Source: an uncultured Candidatus Rokubacteria bacterium (GTDB taxonomy: Bacteria; Methylomirabilota; Methylomirabilia; Rokubacteriales; DASRDR01). From it: a stretch of 64,000 nt of DNA. The stretch lies in assembly GCA_963826115.1 (NCBI GenBank), contig CAWGVS010000006.1:832001-896000 (forward strand), given 5' to 3'. Shown piece by piece: positions 56,019-64,000 of the stretch. The translations under genes and the position numbers were made by a program. The first letter of the stretch is position 1, and the number at the start of each line of letters is the position of its first letter. The notes below the pieces were generated by a model. It had not been told where the DNA came from. It worked only from the letters and a program-made list of their open reading frames with translations, and did no database searches.

Positions 56019-56165
56019 CCGGATACGTCCCGTCCAGTTTCCGCCCATGATTCGGTCATGAACCACCGGACGGGTCGGGCGAAACTCCACGGCTGCACCC
56101 AGCGGCGTACTGACGCGATTTGGGCGATTCATCGGCTCAAACTCCTAGCCGACCGGGAGGCGCGC

Positions 56166-57785
56166 ATGCCTGACTCTGGAACCTCCTACCTCTCCAAGCT
56201 CCTGACGATCAACATCGGCCGGCGGGGGTTCATACGGGTCGCCACCGGCGCCGCGGCGGGGCTGGCGACGGGGCCCTTCGTGATCCGCCGCGCCAGCGGG
56301 CAGAGCAAGCAGCCGCTGGTCATCATCTACGGCGTCCCACGGGCCACCATGGACGCCCAGAATCACATCAACACCTACGACGAGAGCCCGCTCGGGAACA
56401 TGTTCGAAAACCTCGTCGACATGAGCAATCCGATCGATCCCTACAAGGGCTGGCGGCCGATGCTGGCCGTTTCGTGGAAGCGCGTCAACGACACCACCTT
56501 CCAGTTCAAGCTTCGGGAGAACGTGAAGTTTCACAATGGCGAGCCGTTCGACTCGGAGGCCGTCAAGTTCAGCATCGATCGCCTTCTCGGACGCGTGGAC
56601 AAGGACTTCCTGCCCCCCACCGTGGCCTGGCACGCCTACGACACGGTGAGCAAGGCCGAGCCGGTGGACCGGCATACGGTCAACGTCATCACGAAGATCC
56701 CGGATCCCATCGTGCTCAACCGGTTCAACGGCTTTGGGACCCGCATGGTGTCACCGAAGTACTACAGCGAGCACCCGACCGCGTTCCTGCAGAACAACGC
56801 GAACGGAACCGGGCCCTATCGCTTCGTGAGCTGGGTGAAGGACGGGGACCTCGTGCTGGAGGCCAACCAGCAGTACTGGGGCGGAGCGCCCGCCTTCGAG
56901 AAGGTCGTCATCCGGACGGTACCGGAGGCCTCCACCCGGGTGTCCGCCCTCATGTCGGGGCAGGCGGACGTCGTCGTCGCCGTCCCGGCCGAGCAGGGTG
57001 ACATCGTCAGCCGGTCGGGCCGCGCAAGGATCGAGCACGTCAACAGCAACCGGTTCGGATGGTGGCGGATGAACGCCAGCGTGGCGCCGACCAACAACGT
57101 GAAGGTGCGGCAGGCGGTGAACTTCGGCGCGAACGTCGGGGAGCTGTTGCGGACGGTCTACGGCGGGCTGGGCGAGCAGATCTCGACCGTCATCGGCAAG
57201 TATCACTTCGGCTACGACCCGGCGGTTCCCTTCTACCCTCACGATCCGGATCGGGCCAGGAAGCTCCTGAAGGAGTCCGGCCTGCCCTTGCCCGTCACCG
57301 TCAACTTCCACTTCATCCAGGGCCGGTACACCAAGGACAAGGACATGGGCGAGGGGATCATCGGGGAGCTGAACAAGGTGGGGCAGGAGTATCTCCGGGT
57401 CATCCCGCGCCTCTACGAGGCAGGCGGCTACTACTCCCAGGCCAATGCCGGGAAGCTGGACGGGATCATCTTCAACAGCTGGGGCAACTGGATGTTCGAT
57501 GCGGACATCGACCTCGGCCCTCTCTGGCGCACGAAGACCACGCCGACGCCCGACTACCCGAACGACCCAGCGCTCGACAAGCTGATCGACGAGGGCCGCG
57601 GAACGCTCGACGAGACGAAGCGCAAGGGCATTTATTCTCGGATCCAGAAGTTGATGTGGGAGGGCTCCTACTCGATCCCGGGGATGCAGGTCGTCGACAT
57701 GTACGGCGTCAGCAACCGGGTGAACTGGAAGCCCAGACCCGACGAGATGATCTGGGCGAAGGAAATGAAGCCTCGCACGACGTGA
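56166..57785 (+). CDS. Peptide/nickel ABC transporter substrate-binding protein (family 5), Tat signal
   Basis: GGGAGG RBS; GRRGFI; FKLRENVKFHNGEPF, GTGPY, YPHDPDRARKLL. Confidence 0.92.
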   Translation: MPDSGTSYLSKLLTINIGRRGFIRVATGAAAGLATGPFVIRRASGQSKQPLVIIYGVPRATMDAQNHINTYDESPLGNMFENLVDMSNPIDPYKGWRPMLAVSWKRVNDTTFQFKLRENVKFHNGEPFDSEAVKFSIDRLLGRVDKDFLPPTVAWHAYDTVSKAEPVDRHTVNVITKIPDPIVLNRFNGFGTRMVSPKYYSEHPTAFLQNNANGTGPYRFVSWVKDGDLVLEANQQYWGGAPAFEKVVIRTVPEASTRVSALMSGQADVVVAVPAEQGDIVSRSGRARIEHVNSNRFGWWRMNASVAPTNNVKVRQAVNFGANVGELLRTVYGGLGEQISTVIGKYHFGYDPAVPFYPHDPDRARKLLKESGLPLPVTVNFHFIQGRYTKDKDMGEGIIGELNKVGQEYLRVIPRLYEAGGYYSQANAGKLDGIIFNSWGNWMFDADIDLGPLWRTKTTPTPDYPNDPALDKLIDEGRGTLDETKRKGIYSRIQKLMWEGSYSIPGMQVVDMYGVSNRVNWKPRPDEMIWAKEMKPRTT

Positions 57786-57888
57786 GGTCGCGGGGCGCCC
57801 GCCCCGCCGATCGGCCGGCGGCCGGGGGACTGCGTTCCCCCGGCCGGCCGGACGCACGGGTTCGCCGCCACGGCTCGAGCCTGCTGTC

Positions 57889-58905
57889 GTGACGCGCTAC
57901 GTCGTCTCGCGACTGCTCCAGTCTCTCTTCGTCGTGGTGGGTGTCCTGCTCATGGTCTTCGTCATCATCAACCTGACCGGCGATCCCGCGGCCATGCTGA
58001 TGCCGCTCGGCGCCTCCGAAGACGTCATGGCCACGATCCGGCACCGATACGGTCTCGACAAGCCGTGGCCGGTCCAGCTCTACCGCTTCTTCGTCGGCGA
58101 CCTCTTCGCGGCTCCGGATGAGACCGGGCAAACCGTGGAGGTGGGCAGTTTCGGGACCGGTACCATCAAGGCGAAGATGCGCCCCCTCGGCGGGGCCATT
58201 CGGGGAGACTTCGGCGATTCCCTCCGGTTCCTAGGCCAGCCCGCGATGCCGATCGTCCTCGAGCGGTTCCCGTTCACGGTCCAGCTCATGCTGGCGGCCA
58301 CCCTCTACTCGACGGTGCTATCGCTCGTCCTCGGCACGATCTCGGCCGTCCGCCCCCACTCGTGGACAGATCAGGTCGTGCGGACGTTTGCGGTCATGAA
58401 CCAGTCGATCCCAAACTTCTGGCTCGGGCTGCTGCTCATCCTCGTGTTCGCGGTCTACCTGGGAGTGCTGCCTGCGATGGGCTATGGGGACTGGAGGAAC
58501 GTGATTCTGCCGGCTGTCACGCTAGGCGCTCAGTCCCTGGGGCGGAACACCCGGTTCGTCCGCTCGAGCGTGCTGGAGTGCCTCTCCCAGGACTACGTTC
58601 GCACGGCGCGGTCAAAGGGAGTGCCAGAGCGTGTGATCGTCGTGAAGCACGTCCTGAAGAACGCGATGATGCCCGTGGTGACCGCGTGGGCGCTGGACGT
58701 CGCCAACCTCTTCGGCGGCGCGGTGATCACCGAGTCCATCTTCGGCTGGCCGGGGATGGGACGCCTGATCGTGGAGTCCGTCACATTCAGGGACTTTCCG
58801 ACGGTCGCGTCGGCCGTCCTGTTCATCACGCTGATCTTCGTGGGCCTCAATCTTCTCGTGGACCTGAGCTACGCGTGGCTGGATCCCCGCGTGAAGATGG
58901 CGTGA
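57889..58905 (+). CDS. Peptide ABC transporter permease (DppB-like)
   Basis: GDPA, YGLDKP, GDFGDS, PNFWLG, DYVRTARSKG, LDPRV. Confidence 0.93.
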   Translation: MTRYVVSRLLQSLFVVVGVLLMVFVIINLTGDPAAMLMPLGASEDVMATIRHRYGLDKPWPVQLYRFFVGDLFAAPDETGQTVEVGSFGTGTIKAKMRPLGGAIRGDFGDSLRFLGQPAMPIVLERFPFTVQLMLAATLYSTVLSLVLGTISAVRPHSWTDQVVRTFAVMNQSIPNFWLGLLLILVFAVYLGVLPAMGYGDWRNVILPAVTLGAQSLGRNTRFVRSSVLECLSQDYVRTARSKGVPERVIVVKHVLKNAMMPVVTAWALDVANLFGGAVITESIFGWPGMGRLIVESVTFRDFPTVASAVLFITLIFVGLNLLVDLSYAWLDPRVKMA

Positions 58906-59834
58906 TGCCGGCGATCCCGGAGACCGGCCTGCCGCTCGAGACGCTCAGCCCAGCTGCGACCGAATTCGGCCGGGTCCCCTGGTATCGACAGCGGCTCTGG
59001 CGAACCCTCCGGCGCGGGAGCGGAGTGTTCAACGTCGTGTTCCTGCTCATAGTGACCTTCGCCGCGATGGCGGCCCCCTGGATCAGCCATCGGGACCCGA
59101 CGTTCGGGGAGCCGGCGAAGCGTCTCCGGCCCCCGGCCTGGGAGGCCGGCGGAAACCGGGAGAGCCCCCTCGGTACCGATCAGCTGGGGCGGGACGTCTA
59201 CACGCGGCTCGTGCACGGCGCCCGGATCTCCCTCGTCGTCGGCCTCGGAACCGTGCTGATCTCGGCGCTGCTGGGGTCCTCGGTGGGCGTGGTGGCCGGC
59301 TACTTCGAGGGACGACTCGGCACCGGGCTGATGCGGCTGGCCGATGTCCAGCTCGCTTTTCCGTTCCTGCTGCTGGCGCTGGCGGTGGTGGCGTCAGTGG
59401 GCCCCGGTCTGCTCAACGTGATCCTCATTCTGGGCATCGCCGGCTGGGCGACGTTCGCCCGCGTGGTCCGGGCCCAGGTGCTGTCGATCAAGCAGCGAGA
59501 GTACGTGGAGGCGGTGCGGGCCCTTGGCGCCGCTCAGGCAACAATCGTCACCCGGCACGTGGTGCCGAACGTCCTCACGCCGATCATCGTTCTGGCCACC
59601 GCGACCGTGGCCAACAACATCGTGGTCGAGGCGAGCCTCACGTTCCTGGGGCTCGGGGTGCAGGCAACCCTGCCGAGTTGGGGCAGCATGCTGGCCGATG
59701 CCCGCGACTACTTGGCGGTCGCATGGTGGATGGGCGTCTTTCCAGGTCTGGCGCTGATGCTCACGGTGCTCGCCATCAATTTACTAGGCGATTGGCTCCG
59801 CGACTACCTGGACCCGACGCTGCGGAACGCCTGA
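58905..59834 (+). CDS. Peptide ABC transporter permease (DppC-like)
   Basis: LGTDQLGRD, GARISL, EYVEA, EASLTFLGLG, PSWG, GDWLRDYLDP. Confidence 0.93.
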   Translation: MPAIPETGLPLETLSPAATEFGRVPWYRQRLWRTLRRGSGVFNVVFLLIVTFAAMAAPWISHRDPTFGEPAKRLRPPAWEAGGNRESPLGTDQLGRDVYTRLVHGARISLVVGLGTVLISALLGSSVGVVAGYFEGRLGTGLMRLADVQLAFPFLLLALAVVASVGPGLLNVILILGIAGWATFARVVRAQVLSIKQREYVEAVRALGAAQATIVTRHVVPNVLTPIIVLATATVANNIVVEASLTFLGLGVQATLPSWGSMLADARDYLAVAWWMGVFPGLALMLTVLAINLLGDWLRDYLDPTLRNA

Positions 59835-59855
59835 GCCGCGAGGGGATGCGCGCCA

Positions 59856-62015
59856 CTACGCGCGCTTGAGCGCCTCCCGGTCGATCGGCAAGCGCCGGAT
59901 GCGCTTCCCGGTGGCGGCGAAGATCGCGTTGCACACGGCGGGCGCGACCGTGGGCACGCCTGGCTCGCCGAGCCCGCCGGGTGGCTGGCCCGAATCGAGG
60001 ATGTGCACCTCGGTGACCGGGACCTCGGCGATCCGCATCATCGGGTACGTGTGGAAGTTCGTCTGCTGGACCCGGCCGGCGTCGAGGGTGATCCGGCCGT
60101 AGAGCGTCGCGGTCATCGCGTAGACGGCGCCGCCTTCCATCTGGGCCTTCACCTGGTCCGGGTTGACCGCGATCCCGCAGTCGATCGCGCAGACGACGCG
60201 GTGGATCCGCACGGCGCCGTCGTCGGCGACCGACACCTCGGCCACGTGCGCGGAGTAGCTCGCGTACGAGAAGCACACGGCGATCCCGCGCGCGCGCCCC
60301 GCCGGCAGCGGCGTGCCCCACCCGGCCTTCGTCGCGGCCAGCTCGAGGACGCCCTTGTGGCGGGGTGACTTCCCGAGGAGGGCGCGGCGGTACTCGTAGG
60401 GGTCCTGGCCCGCCTGGTGCGCCAGCTCGTCGACGAAGGTCTCGACGATGAACGCGTTCTGGGACGAGCCGACCGAGCGCCAGAACCCGATCGGCACGCC
60501 GACGTCCCGGTCGACCCATTCGATCCTCACGTTGGGGATGTCGTACGGGAGATCGCGGAGCCCGGCCATCGACGTGTTGTCCACCTGACCGGCGGCGACC
60601 ATCCCCCGCTGGCGGAGGAGCCCGCCGCCCACCGCGCGCGTGAACCAGGCCGTCGGCTTGCCGCCCGCGTCGAGGGCGGCCCGGAAGACGTTGTACGTGC
60701 TCGGGCGGTAGAAGCTGTGCGTGAGGTCGTCCTCGCGCGTCCAGATGACCTTCACCGGCCCGCCGCCGATCGCCTTGGCGACCTCGACGGCATCCACCAC
60801 GTAGTCGGTCTGGCCGCGCCGGCCGAACCCGCCGCCGAGGAACGTGGTGTTGACGATCACCTTCTCGACCGGGAGCCCGGTCAGCTTGGCGGCGATCTCG
60901 CGCGACCCACCCGGGTTCTGCGTGGGCGCCCACACCGTGCACCGGTCGGCCGTGAGGTGCGCCGTCGCGTTCATCGGCTCCATGCACGCGTGCTCGAGAT
61001 AGGGGACCTCGTAGACCGCCTCGAAGGTTTTCCCGCCGGCAGCCAGGGCCGCCCCGGCGTCGCCCTCGTTCCGCGCCACGAGCCCCGGCTGGCCGGCGGC
61101 GGTTTCGTGCTCCTTCGAGATGCCCGCGCTGGTGAGCTGGCGGAGCGGACCCTCGTCCCACTCGACCTTCAGCGCCTTGCGGCCCTGGAGCGCGCTCCAG
61201 AAGCCGTCGGCGACCACGGCGACGCCGCTCGTCACTTGCACGACGTGCTTCACGCCGGGGACGGCCCTGGCCGCGGTCGCGTCGAAGGCCTTCACCTTCC
61301 CGCCGGCCACCACGGGACACTTCTCGATCGAGGCCACCAGCAGGCCGGGGACCTTGACGTCGATTCCGTAGACGGCCTGGCCGTTGACCTTCTCGGGCAC
61401 GTCGACGCGCGGCCGGTCCTTCCCGATGTAGCGGAACTGGTCCTTGCTCTTGAGCGGCGGGTTCTGGGGGACCGGGAGCGCCTGCGCCTTGTCGACCAGC
61501 TGACCGTACGGGAGACGCCGGCCCGTGGGGACGTGGATGACGACGCCCGGCTCGGTCGTGACCTCGTCGAGCGGGACGGCCCATTCCTGGGCCGCGGCCT
61601 GGCGGAGCATCAGGCGCGCGGCCGCGCCGGCCTTGCGGAGCGGCTCCAGATGATCACGGACGCCGCGGCTTCCGCCGTAGGACTGCTGGCCGGTGACCGG
61701 ATTTCCGTAGACCTTGGGGTCCGTGGGGGCGGTCTCGACCCGGATGCGGTCCCAGTCGGCGTCGAGCTCGTCGGCGACGATCATCGGCATGGTCGTCATC
61801 GAGCCCTGGCCCATCTCGGGGACCGAGTTGACGATCGTCACCACGCCGTCGCGGTCGATGCGGAGCCACTGGTTCGGCGCGAAGACGCCCGGCCCCTGGG
61901 CCTGGGCGAGGATGGCGTCGAGGAAGGGGAGCCGGAAGCCGACGACGAGCCCCGAGCCGACGGCGATCCCGCCCTTCAGCAGCGTGCGACGGCTGACGCG
62001 CGCGCCCCCGGCCAT
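59856..62015 (-). CDS. iorB: Xanthine dehydrogenase-family molybdopterin subunit (isoquinoline 1-oxidoreductase beta-like), Tat signal
   Basis: SRRTLLK; EMGQG, HACMEP, GGGFGRR, WTREDD, GFWRSVG, GGLGEPG. Confidence 0.92.
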   Translation of the reverse strand: MAGGARVSRRTLLKGGIAVGSGLVVGFRLPFLDAILAQAQGPGVFAPNQWLRIDRDGVVTIVNSVPEMGQGSMTTMPMIVADELDADWDRIRVETAPTDPKVYGNPVTGQQSYGGSRGVRDHLEPLRKAGAAARLMLRQAAAQEWAVPLDEVTTEPGVVIHVPTGRRLPYGQLVDKAQALPVPQNPPLKSKDQFRYIGKDRPRVDVPEKVNGQAVYGIDVKVPGLLVASIEKCPVVAGGKVKAFDATAARAVPGVKHVVQVTSGVAVVADGFWSALQGRKALKVEWDEGPLRQLTSAGISKEHETAAGQPGLVARNEGDAGAALAAGGKTFEAVYEVPYLEHACMEPMNATAHLTADRCTVWAPTQNPGGSREIAAKLTGLPVEKVIVNTTFLGGGFGRRGQTDYVVDAVEVAKAIGGGPVKVIWTREDDLTHSFYRPSTYNVFRAALDAGGKPTAWFTRAVGGGLLRQRGMVAAGQVDNTSMAGLRDLPYDIPNVRIEWVDRDVGVPIGFWRSVGSSQNAFIVETFVDELAHQAGQDPYEYRRALLGKSPRHKGVLELAATKAGWGTPLPAGRARGIAVCFSYASYSAHVAEVSVADDGAVRIHRVVCAIDCGIAVNPDQVKAQMEGGAVYAMTATLYGRITLDAGRVQQTNFHTYPMMRIAEVPVTEVHILDSGQPPGGLGEPGVPTVAPAVCNAIFAATGKRIRRLPIDREALKRA

Positions 62016-62479
62016 CACGCGCCTCCCCGCGCGAGCGCGGCGGCGCGATGGACCGCCGCCCGGATCCGCCGGTACGTGCCGCAGCGGCAGATGTTGCCCG
62101 CCATCGCCGCGTCGATGTCGTCGTCGGTCGGCGTCTTGTTCTGCGCGAGGAGCGCGGCTGCCGACATGATCTGGCCGGACTGACAGTAGCCGCACTGGGG
62201 CACGTCGATCTCGATCCACGCCCGCTGAGCCGGATGATCCGTCTTGGCCGAGAGGCCCTCGATGGTGGTGACCTGCTTGCCGGCGACCGCCGACACGGGC
62301 GTGACGCAGGACCGCGCCGGCACCCCGTCGACGTGGACCGTGCAGGCTCCGCAGAGCGCCATCCCGCAGCCGTACTTCGTGCCGGTCAACCCGAGCGTCT
62401 CCCGGACGGCCCAGAGGAGGGGCATGTCCGGGGGCACGTCGAGCTGGCGGGGAGTTCCGTTCACCGTGATCGAGACCAT
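62015..62479 (-). CDS. iorA: [2Fe-2S]-binding subunit (isoquinoline 1-oxidoreductase alpha-like)
   Basis: [31 protein letters not shown]. Confidence 0.95.
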   Translation of the reverse strand: MVSITVNGTPRQLDVPPDMPLLWAVRETLGLTGTKYGCGMALCGACTVHVDGVPARSCVTPVSAVAGKQVTTIEGLSAKTDHPAQRAWIEIDVPQCGYCQSGQIMSAAALLAQNKTPTDDDIDAAMAGNICRCGTYRRIRAAVHRAAALARGGA

Positions 62480-62572
62480 GCTGCCTCCTTGCCCGGGGAC
62501 TCCCGGCCGCCCCGCCGAGGGCGGGCCGGGACCCGTCGATCAGCGCGCCGTCGGTACGGTCACGATTCGATA

Positions 62573-63451
62573 TTACGCCTTCAGGTGCTTGTCGAAGTGG
62601 GCGAGGCAGCGCTTCCAGGCCTCGGCGGCCGCGGCCGCGTTGTGCGAGGGGCGGTAGTCGGCGAAGAACGCATGTCCGGCCCCCGGATAGACGACGGCCT
62701 CGGCGCTCGGGTTGTGCGGCTTCAGCATCTCGACGAACTTCTGCGCGTCCGCGGGCGTGGGATTCGTATCAGTCTCACCGTAGAGGCCCAGGAACGGCGC
62801 CTTGATGTCCTTGGCCACGTCGAATCCGTTCACGGGGTTCGGCGTATCGACGAAGCCGCGCTGGAGCGGCCCGTACCAGGAAACCTCGGCCTTGATGTCC
62901 GGGTTGGTGGCCGCCACCTGGAGCACGACCCCGCCACCCCAGCACCAGCCGGTGACGCCGGCCCGATCCGGCCTCACGCCCGGACGCGTCTTCGCCCAGT
63001 CGATGGCCGCCGCGACGTCGCCCAGGAGCTGCTTCCGCGGCACGGCGAACACGATCTTCAGGATGGTCTGGATGTCGGTGAGCTGCGCGACGCCGCCCTC
63101 CCGCTGGAACAGCTCCGGCGCGACGCAGCAGTAGCCGGCCTTCGCGAATCGCCGGGCGACGTCCTTCACCCATTCGTGGACGCCCCAGACCTCCGAGATC
63201 GCGATGACGATCGGAGCGTTGGCGCCGGAGGCCGGGCGCGCCTCGTAGACCGGCATGCCGTAGTCGCCGATCTTGACCGTGGCGTCGCCGGCCACGATGC
63301 CGTCCGTGTCGGTCTTGATGGCCTGGGCCAGGGCCTTGTCCACGCCCATGGCGTAGCCGACGAAGGTCGCGGCGCCGACCTTGAGCGCTTGACGCCGCGA
63401 CAGTCCCGTCGACCGCATCGCGGCGGCGTCCCGATCGTTCGGTGCGGTCAT
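62573..63451 (-). CDS. Dienelactone hydrolase family protein, Tat signal
   Basis: SRRQALK; EVWG, GWCWGG, GETD, YPGAGHAF. Confidence 0.92.
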   Translation of the reverse strand: MTAPNDRDAAAMRSTGLSRRQALKVGAATFVGYAMGVDKALAQAIKTDTDGIVAGDATVKIGDYGMPVYEARPASGANAPIVIAISEVWGVHEWVKDVARRFAKAGYCCVAPELFQREGGVAQLTDIQTILKIVFAVPRKQLLGDVAAAIDWAKTRPGVRPDRAGVTGWCWGGGVVLQVAATNPDIKAEVSWYGPLQRGFVDTPNPVNGFDVAKDIKAPFLGLYGETDTNPTPADAQKFVEMLKPHNPSAEAVVYPGAGHAFFADYRPSHNAAAAAEAWKRCLAHFDKHLKA

Positions 63452-63734
63452 CCGTCCCTCCCTGGACTCGAGGATTGTGAGCGCGCCCACGAGGGCGCAG
63501 TCGTGGCGGGCGCGCGAGTCGATGGGTAGACCACGCGTCAGGAGAACGCGCGGACCCGCGTCGTGAGTTCCCCGGCGCGCTTCGGCGGCGCTTCCTCTAC
63601 GGCGGGAGCGATGTGCGGGCCCTGAGGCATCCGCCTTTGGCGATGACAGGCCGCGGAGCATGCGTGGCGCGCGCCCGAGCCGGTCACGTACTAGACTTGG
63701 TGGACGGCCACGCACGCCGCAGAGGAGCGACACG

Positions 63735-64000
63735 ATGACGCGAACGGTGGGACTGCTGCATCCGGGTGAGATGGGCGCGGTGGTGGGCGAGTGCCTGCGG
63801 AAGGGTGGGGCGCGAGTCGTGTGGGCATCCGCGGGCCGCAGCGAGTCGAGCGCCCGCCGCGCCCGGGCTGCAGGCCTGGAGGACCTCGAGACGCTGTCGG
63901 CGGTCGTCGGGGCGAGCGAGGCGATCCTCTCGGTCTGCCCGCCGGGCTCGGCGACGGACGTGGCGCGCCAGGTGGCCGCCGAGCGGTTCCGCGGCCTCTA
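63735..64000 (+). CDS. NAD(P)-dependent oxidoreductase (6PGD NAD-binding/DUF1932 type), partial
   Basis: GAGGAG RBS; MTRTVGLLHPGEMGAVVG...ILSVCPP; runs off the window. Confidence 0.85.
   Translation, partial: MTRTVGLLHPGEMGAVVGECLRKGGARVVWASAGRSESSARRARAAGLEDLETLSAVVGASEAILSVCPPGSATDVARQVAAERFRGL

Noticed and set aside
57-63733. Many long ORFs in the track (e.g. 8467-10737, 14459-16813, 18298-20646, 42772-45111, 51386-54154, 60417-62183)
   Set aside because: Arg/Pro/Gly-rich antisense or off-frame shadows of recognisable genes, expected at this GC content; no family motifs.
1-64000. tRNA, rRNA, CRISPR arrays, IS elements, prophage genes
   Set aside because: No recognisable signatures by eye; tRNAscan-SE, Rfam and ISEScan would be needed to exclude them formally.

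Overview
Very GC-rich (by eye ~70%+) bacterial chromosomal window with about 60 genes. I found no rRNA, tRNA, CRISPR array, transposase or integrase. Gene style suggests Candidatus Rokubacteria (Methylomirabilota); this is an inference only. Most long ORFs in the supplied track are antisense or off-frame shadows. About 31.3-38.7 kb, plus spots near 28.5-29 kb and 40.6-40.7 kb, is full of indels typical of uncorrected long-read consensus. Highlights: (1) a putative RiPP-like operon with a PqqD/RRE domain fused to a lasso-leader-like peptide, an HPr-kinase-like kinase, five mostly translationally coupled glycosyltransferases and a convergent sulfotransferase (1.1-8.2 kb); (2) an AhpD/CMD-family gene split by an in-frame UGA followed by a SECIS-like hairpin, probably a selenoprotein with a V-x-x-U motif; (3) a signal-peptide-bearing proteasome-beta-like Ntn hydrolase; (4) a 66-bp duplication of an SDR gene 3' end bracketing a 1.1-kb insert; (5) methanethiol oxidase plus SCO behind a sigma54/IHF/palindromic-enhancer promoter; (6) a DUF2946-like RGPP leader upstream of two zinc proteases; (7) a metallothionein-like gene and a LIM-like finger gene divergent from topoisomerase IB; (8) an Xth-LigC-PrimPol repair module.
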